DNA from: Candidatus Poribacteria bacterium
GTDB lineage: Bacteria; Poribacteria; WGA-4E; WGA-3G
NCBI GenBank assembly: GCA_022822085.1
Contig: JAJECK010000005.1
Coordinates: 6,048 to 70,047 of the forward strand
DNA length: 64,000 bases
Direction: 5' to 3'
Below are positions 9,631 through 19,253 of this stretch, one piece after another. The notes under the pieces are model-generated. The model was not told the origin of the DNA and did not search any database. It worked only from the letters and a program-made list of their open reading frames with translations. How positions within the stretch are numbered: the stretch's first letter is position 1; each line of letters begins with the position of its first letter. The translations under genes were made by a program, and so were the position numbers.

Positions 9631-11244
9631 TTAATCTTGCCGCCAATATGGTATTGTTACTTGGTTGCCATTTCTCACAACGATTCCCACACATGTTGCC
9701 ACGACTTTGCCACCAGCATCAACACCGGATGCTACAATGCGGTATCCATGTGAACGATATGTAACCCAATCTACAACTTCTCGGAACGTCTGGTCATCAA
9801 TTTCTTCAATATCCAATAGTTGTGCGATGTCACTGAACGGGTTTCCTTTAACTGCGCCCTCATATTGTTCTTGAATTTCTGGGTTTTCTTCTTCGCGTCG
9901 GGTTACAATTGCTTGTGCCTTCGCCTGATCCATTCCCGGTAAAAGCTGTAATATTTCAACAGGTGCGGTATTAATATTGATCAATCCGTTTACTGTATTT
10001 CCATCTTTTACAGTGATTTTATCAACAATACTCGCGAGTTCACGAACTGTCATTAATTTTACCTGTTTAATAGCATCAATGTTTTGGAAATTTCCTTGAG
10101 AATTTCGGTGAGCAATAATCCTATCGGCGATTCCACCATCTATGCCATCAAGTTCCTGAAGGTCTTGTGAATTTGCGGTATTGATATTTACTTTTGAATC
10201 GCCTTCATCCTCTCCGGAGTTATTATTGTTTCTTCCACCGCCAAATTCATCATCAGAACCACCACTAAATCCATCATCAAAACCACCACTAAACCCATCA
10301 TCAAAACCGCTGTCATTAGTACTTACACTATCTTCAATAGAAATTTGGTCCTGTATATTATTAAATACATTATCAGATACAACCTGGACATCTAACAATG
10401 CGGAAAGACCACTGTGATTACGACTCTGTATAATTGCATTTGCCTCACCTTGTGAAAAGACATTCTGATTGTTATTAGATCGAATCTGCTGTATCTGATT
10501 TGCATTTGCTGAATTGATATTTACGCGTTGTCCTCCATTTGCATCTGTATTCGTGTCAACGGAATAGATAGTTGCAACATTAACGATACCACCGACACTT
10601 GTCATTGTTAGTGTTGGTGGAAGGGCAGTTTCAGGGGTATCTGTCATTGATTCAGATCCACTTGTTGCTTCTGCCGCTGCAGCTTGTTGCTGTAATCCGT
10701 AAAGTAATTCATCCGTCATTCCCTGTACGCGGGCAACATCTCGGATAGTGCGATAGGGTCGTCCCTCAACTATCCGAGTTGCAAGATCACCTAATTCATT
10801 AATTTCGGGTTGGTACCCTAAATATGAGAGTAGATTTCGGATCTGATCTTCTTCAGCCGCATTGAGATTAATCTTTGTCCCTTCATCTGTAATAGTCACC
10901 TGATAGTTAATGAATCCACCAAGTTGTATACCATCCTCAATTTGCTGTTGAATCGGTTCAGACCACGATTCTCCAAGCGAGTCAAAATTGGTTTCATCTA
11001 CTGCCAATTTTGCAACACCGAATTCAAACCCCGTCTTCGCTGCATAATGATGTTTAACTCTGTCAAAAAAGTTCCGCTGGGCTTTATTTTCAAGCTCGTA
11101 AGAGTACAACATCTGCATAGCCAAAACAGAAAGGACCGTTAAAATCCAAAGCGTTGAAATAAGTGACAATCCATTTGAGTTTCGGAAACACACCAGTCCT
11201 ATAGTGGAGTATTCAGTCTGTGGTTGGAATGTTGATTTACGCAT
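9631..11244 (-). CDS. gspK: T2SS minor pseudopilin GspK-like with helix-hairpin-helix modules and a Gly/Asp-rich repeat insert
   Basis: Pseudopilin-like hydrophobic N-segment GLSLISTLWILTVLSVLA. Large size typical of GspK. HhH-like ININTAPVEILQLLPGMDQAKAQAIV. Repeat GGFDDGFSGGFDDGFSGGSDDEFGGG. Follows gspJ. Confidence 0.65.
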   Translation of the reverse strand: MRKSTFQPQTEYSTIGLVCFRNSNGLSLISTLWILTVLSVLAMQMLYSYELENKAQRNFFDRVKHHYAAKTGFEFGVAKLAVDETNFDSLGESWSEPIQQQIEDGIQLGGFINYQVTITDEGTKINLNAAEEDQIRNLLSYLGYQPEINELGDLATRIVEGRPYRTIRDVARVQGMTDELLYGLQQQAAAAEATSGSESMTDTPETALPPTLTMTSVGGIVNVATIYSVDTNTDANGGQRVNINSANANQIQQIRSNNNQNVFSQGEANAIIQSRNHSGLSALLDVQVVSDNVFNNIQDQISIEDSVSTNDSGFDDGFSGGFDDGFSGGSDDEFGGGRNNNNSGEDEGDSKVNINTANSQDLQELDGIDGGIADRIIAHRNSQGNFQNIDAIKQVKLMTVRELASIVDKITVKDGNTVNGLININTAPVEILQLLPGMDQAKAQAIVTRREEENPEIQEQYEGAVKGNPFSDIAQLLDIEEIDDQTFREVVDWVTYRSHGYRIVASGVDAGGKVVATCVGIVVRNGNQVTIPYWRQD

Positions 11245-11256
11245 TCTATCCTTTTT

Positions 11257-12135
11257 CTACTCAGCATTTGCACTTGGCGGCAAATGCACCATAATCGATT
11301 GAGTTAATGCGCCTGGTGGTAATTCACCTGGGGCCCGAGTATAAGTTTGTGATTCTGCGGTTTGTTTTGCTTCTTCATCTATCACACTAAGCAGTATTTG
11401 AACAACAAGTGGAATCGCGTCTGTCTGAGTCCACGATTCATAAGGTGCTTCTGCATCGTAATACTTAAGATCAAAGTTCACGACCCCATTAATTAATGGT
11501 GAAACTTCAAAGTGAATTGGAGCACCGCTATCATCTACTTGTGGAATCGAGCCGGAATTCATAAATGCATCAACAACTAATTCAGGATCCAATGACGTAG
11601 TTACAATGCGATAAAGCGTTAACGCTTCTTCCTCAGAAGCGTTTTGTCCTGGCACTTCTGACGCAGTATAGGGTGGAGGAATAAAGGTCTCGTTCTGTCT
11701 CATCTCTAATGGGATTTTTTGACCCACATAATACACTACACGACGGACATCACTTAATGGTAGTGTTTGCGTTGTTTGCATTGTACTTTTCCTTACTCGT
11801 AACTGTTCTGCAAACAATTCTGGATCGGTTTTAACCAATGTTACAAAACTGAGGATATCCGTATCGCCTGCTGCTGTAGGTGAGTCTTGTGAAAAAATAG
11901 TCAACATCTCATCAGATGTGTCTGCTTGTATTTGACTTAAGTCTGTGCTTATATGATCTAAGGCGAAACGGACACGTTGTGCCTGAATTAATTTCGATTC
12001 AGCGAGATGATATGTATTTATAGCAGTGTTGAACACAGCATAAGAGGCACCCCCCAAAATTATGATGACACTAACAGCCGTAAGCATCTCAACGAGTGTA
12101 AGTCCACTTTCGCGCTTCTTTATCAGATTCATCAT
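11257..12135 (-). CDS. gspJ: T2SS minor pseudopilin GspJ-like
   Basis: Prepilin-type N-terminus KKRESGLTLVEMLTAVSVIIILG. Size and position between gspI and gspK. Confidence 0.6.
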   Translation of the reverse strand: MMNLIKKRESGLTLVEMLTAVSVIIILGGASYAVFNTAINTYHLAESKLIQAQRVRFALDHISTDLSQIQADTSDEMLTIFSQDSPTAAGDTDILSFVTLVKTDPELFAEQLRVRKSTMQTTQTLPLSDVRRVVYYVGQKIPLEMRQNETFIPPPYTASEVPGQNASEEEALTLYRIVTTSLDPELVVDAFMNSGSIPQVDDSGAPIHFEVSPLINGVVNFDLKYYDAEAPYESWTQTDAIPLVVQILLSVIDEEAKQTAESQTYTRAPGELPPGALTQSIMVHLPPSANAE

Positions 12136-12179
12136 AGTTTTGCCATATCAGTTGTTTTCATTTGCTACAAATGCTAACA

Positions 12180-12587
12180 TTACTGTCCTTGTTGCTGACC
12201 TGATCGGTCTGCCATATAGGTAAATATGCCAATTGAATGCACTTCGTCCAAATGTTCCCATGAGACGGTTAATTCAACCTTTCGGAGTGCCAACATTTCC
12301 TCAGTTTCTATATCCGTTACTACAGATTGCCACTCAAAAATAGAGTTGCCGCCAAACACATCATTATCTTGACCGACTTCTGGGAAACCGTTTGCTTCAA
12401 GTTCTGCCATTTTAGATTGTAGCAGATAAAGTGCGGTGATACGATGATCAGTTTTACCGATGTTGCTTGCCGTGTCACTAAAGACCTTTAACAGTGCAGG
12501 TAATATTGCAGCCATAATTGCTATGGTTACAAGTATCTCTGCAAGTGTATACCCTTCTTCCTGAGAGAAAAAAGTTCGTTTTACCAT
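12180..12587 (-). CDS. gspI: T2SS minor pseudopilin GspI-like
   Basis: Prepilin N-terminus EEGYTLAEILVTIAIMAAIL. 135 aa, typical GspI size. Operon position. Confidence 0.6.
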   Translation of the reverse strand: MVKRTFFSQEEGYTLAEILVTIAIMAAILPALLKVFSDTASNIGKTDHRITALYLLQSKMAELEANGFPEVGQDNDVFGGNSIFEWQSVVTDIETEEMLALRKVELTVSWEHLDEVHSIGIFTYMADRSGQQQGQ

Positions 12588-12594
12588 CTTACAC

Positions 12595-13284
12595 TTAGTT
12601 CCCTAACCCCAAAGCCTGAATCTGTTGGGGTGCCAACTCTTGAAGACTGGATCGTCCAGTCGCCGCTTCTACATTGATTGCAATGATATCGTCATTAGCG
12701 TTTCGCAGATAGACAACAGTTTCTACCGATGTTGCAGTTGGAGTAAAATATACGTAATCCACACCAGTAACAATTTGTTGGTTCACTCCGTTTTGTGTTG
12801 TAACAAGAGATGCAATCGAAACACCTGTATTTAAGGGGCGTGGAATCCCCATGACTCCATCTGTCCGAGCAACCATCACTTGTTGACCATTTGCTTGAGC
12901 GGATTCTATAGTTCTTCCTGCAGAAGCTACAGGGTTTTGTATATCAAATGTTTCACTGGAAGCTAACCAATATCTATTACCATCAATATCAAAGACAACA
13001 AGATGCGTGTTTCGTTCGGTAATCGCCATGTCACGAGCGAAGCTGAGTGTGTCAACAATCGCTTGTGCAGAGGTCTTTAACCGCCGCATTGCAGCGAAAC
13101 CTCGCAAAGCAGGCATAGATATAGAGGACAATACGGCAATAATAGCCAATACTACCATTATTTCCATAAGACTAAAACCACCTTCTGCATTAGAAGTAGT
13201 TCGTCTCTGGCTATCTTTCATCATGAGATGTTTAATTATATGCGACAAAATAGATTTACTGAGCACCGGCTTCTTGTTCCTCAA
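12595..13284 (-). CDS. gspH: T2SS minor pseudopilin GspH-like; the true start is probably an internal Met near 13224, which would avoid the overlap with gspG
   Basis: Prepilin motif GGFSLMEIMVVLAIIAVLSS. Position after gspG. The longest ORF overlaps the gspG 3' end by 29 nt, so a start at MMKDSQ is likely. Confidence 0.6.
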   Translation of the reverse strand: MRNKKPVLSKSILSHIIKHLMMKDSQRRTTSNAEGGFSLMEIMVVLAIIAVLSSISMPALRGFAAMRRLKTSAQAIVDTLSFARDMAITERNTHLVVFDIDGNRYWLASSETFDIQNPVASAGRTIESAQANGQQVMVARTDGVMGIPRPLNTGVSIASLVTTQNGVNQQIVTGVDYVYFTPTATSVETVVYLRNANDDIIAINVEAATGRSSLQELAPQQIQALGLGN

Positions 13285-13723
13285 CCCAGTTAGTTATATC
13301 CGCATCAAGATCTTCGCCTCCAAGTTTCCCATCTCTACCATAAGATATTAGGTCGTAATCATACCCATAGTGCGTTCCAGGGTACCGATATTGGTAGTCA
13401 TTGCCCCATGGATCTACAGATATTGGATCTTCTACGTAAGGCCCTCTCCAACTTGTAAGTTCTTGGCTTGGAGAACGCCATAATGCATCTAATCCCTCTT
13501 CCGATGATGGATATCTACCGACATCTACTGAAAATTTTGATAAGGAAACCCTCAGATTAGCAATCTCTGTACGTGCTTTCCCAACCTTGGCATCGTCAAT
13601 AGCAGTTATTACACGTGGCGCGATAAATGCAGCCAAAATACCCAAGATCGCTATCACGATCGTCAATTCAATCAGTGTTAGTCCTGATTCGTCCGTTCTA
13701 AGTTGTTTAAACATGTAACTCAC
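13256..13723 (-). CDS. gspG: T2SS major pseudopilin GspG
   Basis: Leader plus GLTLIELTIVIAILGILAAF. Conserved GspG C-terminal block DPWGNDYQYRYPGTHYGYDYDLISYGRDGKLGGEDLDADITNW. Confidence 0.85.
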   Translation of the reverse strand: MSYMFKQLRTDESGLTLIELTIVIAILGILAAFIAPRVITAIDDAKVGKARTEIANLRVSLSKFSVDVGRYPSSEEGLDALWRSPSQELTSWRGPYVEDPISVDPWGNDYQYRYPGTHYGYDYDLISYGRDGKLGGEDLDADITNWVEEQEAGAQ

Positions 13724-13841
13724 TCCTTATATATGTGCAGGGCACATTCTTGTATTTAGGTTTTATAACTTGTCTGTGTTTAGACATATATGTTCCATGA
13801 TAGTTTAGAATATTTGACATCGAAACAATATAAAATCTGTC

Positions 13842-15071
13842 CTACTGATCAATCAAATTGTTGACTTCAAAGATTGGCAAAATCATTGCTACAGCAATAA
13901 ACCCGATGAGTAGACCCATTATCAGGATAACTAGAGGTCCTATGGATCCTGTGACACGCTCAAGACTTTTCTTGATCTCCATGTCGTAGTAATCAGACAA
14001 CTTTGTTAACATCGTAACAGGTTCACCTGATTCCTCACCGACAGCGATCATGTGTGTCACAAGTGTAGGAAAATCTTTACGTTGTTCAAGTTCACGTGAC
14101 AGTGTTGAACCTTGTTCTACCTCTATTTCAGTTTCAGCTATAATTTCACTGTAAAACTTGTTGCCAATTGTATCTTTAACAACATTTAGCGCGGGGAGCA
14201 TGCGGACACCGTTTTCCAAGAGCGTCGCCATTGTACGGGTAAAGCGAACGACAGCAAATGTACTAAATATCTGTCCAACGAGTGGTAACTTCGTCTTTAA
14301 TTTATCAAACTGCGTTTTGCCAGTGTCTGTCTGCAGGTAATTCCTGAGTAATATAAACACCGGGGTAGCAACCAAAAGCCCAATCCACCAGTAACCTGCC
14401 AGGGTATCTGATATACCGATAAGGATAAGTGTTGGTACTGGTAATTCTCCGCCGAGGTCCTCAAACATAGTTGTGAACTTCGGAATAACGAAGATCATCA
14501 AAATAGCAACCGATAACATCATTAGTCCGAAGAGAATAGCCGGATAGAACAATGCAGAGACAACTTGGTTTTTGAGAAGTCGTTGCCGTTCTGCAAATTC
14601 TGCGAGACGTTCCAATACCTCTCCTAATACACCCCCGGCTTCTCCCGCTTTGACCATATTTACATAGAGGTCGGAAAAGACCTTGGGATGTTCTTTCAAC
14701 GCATCATTAAAAGTTGCCCCGTGTTCAACATCATATTTGACTTGTGAAATAACTCGGTTCAACTCCGGATTGGCAATTTGTTCTAATGTCACCTCTATCG
14801 CGCGGGGGAGTGCAACGTGTGCGTTCACCAAAGCTGCCAACTGATATGTAAAAAATTCAACTTCAGCTGGTTTGATTTTCTGTGTTCCGATGTTAAACAA
14901 GCGTTTAGCTTTGGTTTCAAGTACCTCACCCTCTTCTACAACTTTCGTCGGCCAATACCCCATTTGTGTCAATTGCGCAATAAGTTCTCCTCTGGAATCA
15001 GCTTCTAAGGTATTGCTGACAGTTTGTCCAGCGTTGGTGAGGGCTTCATATTGAAATCTTGGCATTATCAA
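13842..15071 (-). CDS. gspF: T2SS inner-membrane platform protein GspF
   Basis: 409 aa. Two GspF/PilC-type repeats with 3 TM helices. Follows gspE. Confidence 0.85.
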   Translation of the reverse strand: MIMPRFQYEALTNAGQTVSNTLEADSRGELIAQLTQMGYWPTKVVEEGEVLETKAKRLFNIGTQKIKPAEVEFFTYQLAALVNAHVALPRAIEVTLEQIANPELNRVISQVKYDVEHGATFNDALKEHPKVFSDLYVNMVKAGEAGGVLGEVLERLAEFAERQRLLKNQVVSALFYPAILFGLMMLSVAILMIFVIPKFTTMFEDLGGELPVPTLILIGISDTLAGYWWIGLLVATPVFILLRNYLQTDTGKTQFDKLKTKLPLVGQIFSTFAVVRFTRTMATLLENGVRMLPALNVVKDTIGNKFYSEIIAETEIEVEQGSTLSRELEQRKDFPTLVTHMIAVGEESGEPVTMLTKLSDYYDMEIKKSLERVTGSIGPLVILIMGLLIGFIAVAMILPIFEVNNLIDQ

Positions 15072-15131
15072 TCTCTCATTAAAGTAATTTTATAGGTTGT
15101 TCAAGGGGTTCATAAGTTAATACTCACAACT

Positions 15132-17012
15132 CTATTCAGAGCTAAGTGTATCATCCTCATCAAAATCGTAGACATCTTCTTGAGTAAGTCTAACTACCTC
15201 AGCAATGGTTGTGAGTCCTGCGGTGACTTTTTGCCATCCATCTTCGCGGAGGGTACGCATCCCCATCTTTATTGCCATTTGGCGAAGTTCACTGGTTGAT
15301 GGTCGCTCCAGTGTGAGAGCCCGTAATTCTTCATTCATAAAAATAACTTCAAACATGCCGATCCTACCCTTATACCCTCTACCACGACATTCTTTGCAAC
15401 CATCATCGTTAGCACGAGGTATTTCCAGATCATCTGGTACTTGGACACCGTTGTTGCTAAATATTCCGGCAATATCCTCTTTACTTGGTCGATACATTTC
15501 ACAGCATGAATGACAGACGCGTCTTGCCAAACGTTGAGCAATAATGCCTTCTAATGTTGAAGCGACTAAATATGGTTCAACCCCCATATCCACAAGACGC
15601 GTAATCGCACCAGGGGCATCGTTCGTATGCAGTGTACTAAAGACAAGGTGCCCCGTAAGTGATGTATGGATAGCCATTTCTGCCGTTTCGTCATCACGGA
15701 TCTCACCGACTAACACCTTATCAGGGTCTTGCCGTAGAATATGGCGTAACCCATTTGCAAATGAAAAGCCAATTTCAGGATTAACTTGAACCTGATTGAT
15801 TCCTTCTAATTCATATTCAACAGGGTCTTCAAGTGTAATAATTTTGACGTGTGGCGTGTTAATCTCTTTCAAACATGCATAAAGTGATGTAGTTTTACCA
15901 CTTCCAGTCGGCCCTGTAGCGAGGATGATACCGTGCGGTTTATGAATCATTCGTTGGAAGAGATCAAAATTATCGTCTGTAAGACCGAGTTCCGTTAATC
16001 CGAATTCAATAGACTGACGATCAAGAATACGGAGTACAACACTTTCACTATGTTGCGTAGCGACGGTCGGCACTGTGGAAACACGAAGGTCAATCTGACG
16101 ACCACCGAGACTTCCAATCTCCATGTTAATTTTGCCATCTTGTGGCCGACGACGTTCTGCAACATCCATCTCAGCAAGAATTTTGATACGGGAAGTTATC
16201 GCAGATTGGAGATACGCAGGCGGCTGCTGCTGATCTTCTAACACCCCATCAACACGATAACGAATCTTTAGTTCATTCGGATAAGGTTCTATATGGATGT
16301 CACTTGCCCCTGCGCGAACAGCGTCAATGATCATCTGATAGACTGCCTCGACAACTGTCGGGTCTTCGCTGAGATCCTTTTCATCAATACCAAAGTCTTC
16401 AATACTTGTACGTTCAATTGTCGCAGCAGCACCGACAGGCCCTTTGATACCTGCACTCAAGATTGATGCAGCGTCTTTACCATAGAATCTAACGATAGCT
16501 TCCGTGATCTCGTCTTCATCGGCAAGAAGAAGATTCAATTCACATTCGGTGAAATACCGTATTTGGTCAATCAACATCACATCTTGAATATCCGACACTG
16601 CTATAGTAAGGACGTTGTCTTCAAGATGTATTGGGAAAACTTTATTGCGATTAGCGAAACTTGGCTGTACCTTATCAAGGGCTTCCTTTTTAGGTGTAAT
16701 TTCATCCAAATGGGTTATAGGTGCTCCGGACTCGCGTCCCTTTTTAGCGAGTTCAAGGATTTTCGGCGACACGTAATCGGATATGATGATTTCTTCAGAT
16801 TCACCTGCCTTTTCTATCTCATCAAGTATTTGGTGGTAACTTTCCAATCCCGCCTGATCGTCACTATCAGCTGCATCAACATCAGATTGGACTGGTTTAT
16901 TCACCCAACCTTCAAGTACTTTTTCATGAATTTCATGATAATCTTCATCAGAAATTAGATTCGCATCGCGCAATACTTCTACAAGCGATTTCTTCGTAGG
17001 GGTACCGTACAT
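15132..17012 (-). CDS. gspE: T2SS secretion ATPase GspE
   Basis: Walker A GPTGSGKTTSLYA. Asp and His boxes. C-terminal tetracysteine CHSCC...CKECRGRGYKGRIGMFEV. N-terminal N1E-like domain. First gene of the operon. Confidence 0.9.
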   Translation of the reverse strand: MYGTPTKKSLVEVLRDANLISDEDYHEIHEKVLEGWVNKPVQSDVDAADSDDQAGLESYHQILDEIEKAGESEEIIISDYVSPKILELAKKGRESGAPITHLDEITPKKEALDKVQPSFANRNKVFPIHLEDNVLTIAVSDIQDVMLIDQIRYFTECELNLLLADEDEITEAIVRFYGKDAASILSAGIKGPVGAAATIERTSIEDFGIDEKDLSEDPTVVEAVYQMIIDAVRAGASDIHIEPYPNELKIRYRVDGVLEDQQQPPAYLQSAITSRIKILAEMDVAERRRPQDGKINMEIGSLGGRQIDLRVSTVPTVATQHSESVVLRILDRQSIEFGLTELGLTDDNFDLFQRMIHKPHGIILATGPTGSGKTTSLYACLKEINTPHVKIITLEDPVEYELEGINQVQVNPEIGFSFANGLRHILRQDPDKVLVGEIRDDETAEMAIHTSLTGHLVFSTLHTNDAPGAITRLVDMGVEPYLVASTLEGIIAQRLARRVCHSCCEMYRPSKEDIAGIFSNNGVQVPDDLEIPRANDDGCKECRGRGYKGRIGMFEVIFMNEELRALTLERPSTSELRQMAIKMGMRTLREDGWQKVTAGLTTIAEVVRLTQEDVYDFDEDDTLSSE

Positions 17013-17523
17013 AACTTTTTGTTCCTCATTGGTCTGTCTGATAATCAGTGTTTTTTGACGCAGTAAAACGCAATTAGTTTAAATCAACAAAAACACTTTA
17101 CACAGTTGTTGGTTAACCGATGTCTAAATCATCGTCACCACGGGTGTGGGTTTTCTGCAAGAAAAGTAGTATCATAATGCGGGGATTTATAAAACTTCTC
17201 AATCAAGTTTCGGAAAGGCACAATGTATATGTTGGACTTGAATTTGCCATTTTTAGACGAAACATATTGTAATAAAGTTTAATTACCCAATAAAATTCAT
17301 AACCTATTATATTACCTATTAACTGAAATTTTACCTATCTGTTCGAATATGAATAAAATCTAAGTTTGGTTAACGTTTGGTTTAATCTCAATGGTCTTTT
17401 TCTATTTAGACTAAATAACCTTATTTATGTTCGTAATTTGGAAAAAAGTAGCAAAAAATGGTATTTTCAAGTTTTTTTTTGAAAAATTTCGCAATTCTAT
17501 TGATTTTTTATAAACATTTTGCT

Positions 17524-17554
17524 TGACAATACGTTATAGTATATTGTAATATAT
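17524..17554 (+). promoter_or_regulatory. Candidate sigma-70 promoter for the sigma-factor gene (TTGACA -35, TAATAT-like -10) in the 590-bp AT-rich divergent region
   Basis: gcTTGACAatacgttatagtatattgTAATATatt lies 45-75 bp upstream of the RBS AAGGAGAGGAG. Spacing is imperfect (18 nt), so this is tentative. Confidence 0.3.
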
Positions 17555-17600
17555 TTTTTTGGCAGATTTTTTAGTAATTTAATATAAGGAGAGGAGAAGA

Positions 17601-18569
17601 ATGGAAACCGAGTTCTTCGGTGAAACGGAAAATATTGAAGGTGTTGACACATTTATAGATGAGGTGTATCCTTCGGAAGAAACAGAATATGCAACTGACT
17701 ATAAGGGTAGTGACAGAAGTGCTTTAACAAGTTGGTTACGGAGTGTTGCGGGACACAAGTTATTATCTCGCGAAGAAGAAGTTGAATTAGCGAAACGGAT
17801 TGAAGCGGGAGACACAGCGGCACGCGACGAGTTGGTTCAGGCTAATTTGCGTCTCGTCATTTCTATTGCAGTCAGATATCAAGGCAACAAGGTGCCTCTT
17901 GAAGATCTGATTCAGGAAGGTAATATCGGGTTAATTAAAGCCGCGGGTAAGTTCGATTATCGGAAAGGTTTTAAGTTTAGTACCTATGCAATCTGGTGGA
18001 TTAAGCAATCGATTATGCGGACACTTGATAACTTTGCCCGATCTATTCGGTTGCCTGCGTATATCGTTGCGAAAATGAACAAGTTTGATGCGACTTACGC
18101 TGCACTTTGCCAAGAACTTCAGCGGGAACCGACACGTGCTGAAATCGCTGAAGCACTTGACCTAACTGTACAACAAGTAGAAGAAATTCTTACTTTCAAT
18201 GCTGATACCATTTCAATGGATTTACCGTTGGGTGACGAACGATCATCCCGATCATCTGCCACTTTGGGAGATTTGATTGAAGACCCGGCAACAGCATCAG
18301 AAGATGGTGCTATTGCACATTTGATCACACATGATCTGGTGCAGCAATTTCTTAGCAAACTTTCTGAACGTGAGCAACAAGTTCTAAAAATGCGTTTTGG
18401 GCTTGAAGATGGAGAACGCAAAACTCTCCGTGAAATCGGCGATGCCCTGGACGTTACAAGAGAACGGATTCGACAGTTAGAAATCTATGCAATTTCTCAA
18501 CTAAGCAGCCTTTACAACGAAATGGGTGAATTCCGTGGAAATTATGAAGCTGATCAAACAGCTGCATGA
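17601..18569 (+). CDS. RNA polymerase sigma factor, sigma-70 family (primary-like or group 2, compact 322 aa)
   Basis: Region 2: DELVQANLRLVISIAVRYQG...LEDLIQEGNIGLIKAAGKFDYRKGFKFSTYAIWWIKQSI. Region 4 HTH: KTLREIGDALDVTRERIRQLE. Confidence 0.85.
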   Translation: METEFFGETENIEGVDTFIDEVYPSEETEYATDYKGSDRSALTSWLRSVAGHKLLSREEEVELAKRIEAGDTAARDELVQANLRLVISIAVRYQGNKVPLEDLIQEGNIGLIKAAGKFDYRKGFKFSTYAIWWIKQSIMRTLDNFARSIRLPAYIVAKMNKFDATYAALCQELQREPTRAEIAEALDLTVQQVEEILTFNADTISMDLPLGDERSSRSSATLGDLIEDPATASEDGAIAHLITHDLVQQFLSKLSEREQQVLKMRFGLEDGERKTLREIGDALDVTRERIRQLEIYAISQLSSLYNEMGEFRGNYEADQTAA

Positions 18570-18591
18570 TCTGGATACCCAAGAGGAACCT

Positions 18592-19206
18592 ATGAAGAAT
18601 TTGTTTAAAAAACTTTCGGGAGTTGAGCCTCCTTTATTGGAGGTTACTGAAACCGCACAAGAAAAGATTCAAGCTGTTATTGATGCTGAAGAGGTGGAAG
18701 TGGAAGGGCTGCGGATTGGTATTGAAGGTCGCAGTGCTTCCGATTTCCAATATAGCCTCGGTTTGGCTACGGAAACCGAGGAGGACGACATCGTTATTGA
18801 AATGGATACTTTTAAGGTCTTGGTCGATGCAAAAAGCGCACCAGAACTTAAAGGTGCTGTAATAGACTATGTTGAAGACCTTAATTCCAGCGGTTTTAAA
18901 ATAGAAAACCCGAATAAGCCAACCTGGGACAACCCAAAAGCGCAAAAGATTCAAGAACTCATTGATGAGCGAATTAACCCTGCTGTCGCAGCACACGGTG
19001 GGCAAATTGAACTCTTAAATGTTGAAGATGATGCCATCTATATCCACATGGGTGGCGGATGTCAAGGTTGCGGTATGGCTAACGTCACGCTCAAACATGG
19101 TATTGAAGCGATGATTCAGGAAGTGTTCCCGGAGATCAAGCAGGTCATTGATACAACCGACCATGCCTCGGGAACTAATCCATACTACGCTTCTGGAAAA
19201 GGATAA
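18592..19206 (+). CDS. nfuA: Fe-S cluster carrier NfuA-like (degenerate A-type domain plus Nfu domain)
   Basis: C-terminal Nfu motif INPAVAAHGGQIELLNVEDDAIYIHMGGGCQGCGMANVTLKHGIE. N-terminal HesB-like domain with no Cys, as in NfuA. SD AGAGGAA precedes the internal ATG at 18592. The longer ORF from 18526 would overlap the sigma gene. Confidence 0.65.
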   Translation: MKNLFKKLSGVEPPLLEVTETAQEKIQAVIDAEEVEVEGLRIGIEGRSASDFQYSLGLATETEEDDIVIEMDTFKVLVDAKSAPELKGAVIDYVEDLNSSGFKIENPNKPTWDNPKAQKIQELIDERINPAVAAHGGQIELLNVEDDAIYIHMGGGCQGCGMANVTLKHGIEAMIQEVFPEIKQVIDTTDHASGTNPYYASGKG

Positions 19207-19253
19207 AAATATCGCTGACTCAATTGGCACTACAATTCATCAGAGGTAAAACG

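Noticed and set aside
42-17012. Type IV pilus (PilB/C/Q) cluster instead of T2SS
   Set aside because: The pseudopilin order G-H-I-J-K, the GspG C-terminal signature DPWGN...GKLGGEG-like block, the large HhH-bearing GspK and the PilM/PilN-fusion L-like protein all favour T2SS. Profile-based confirmation is still advisable.
18526-18591. Extended N-terminus of the nfuA-like ORF overlapping the sigma-factor 3' end
   Set aside because: The internal ATG at 18592 is preceded by the SD AGAGGAA and removes the 44-nt overlap.
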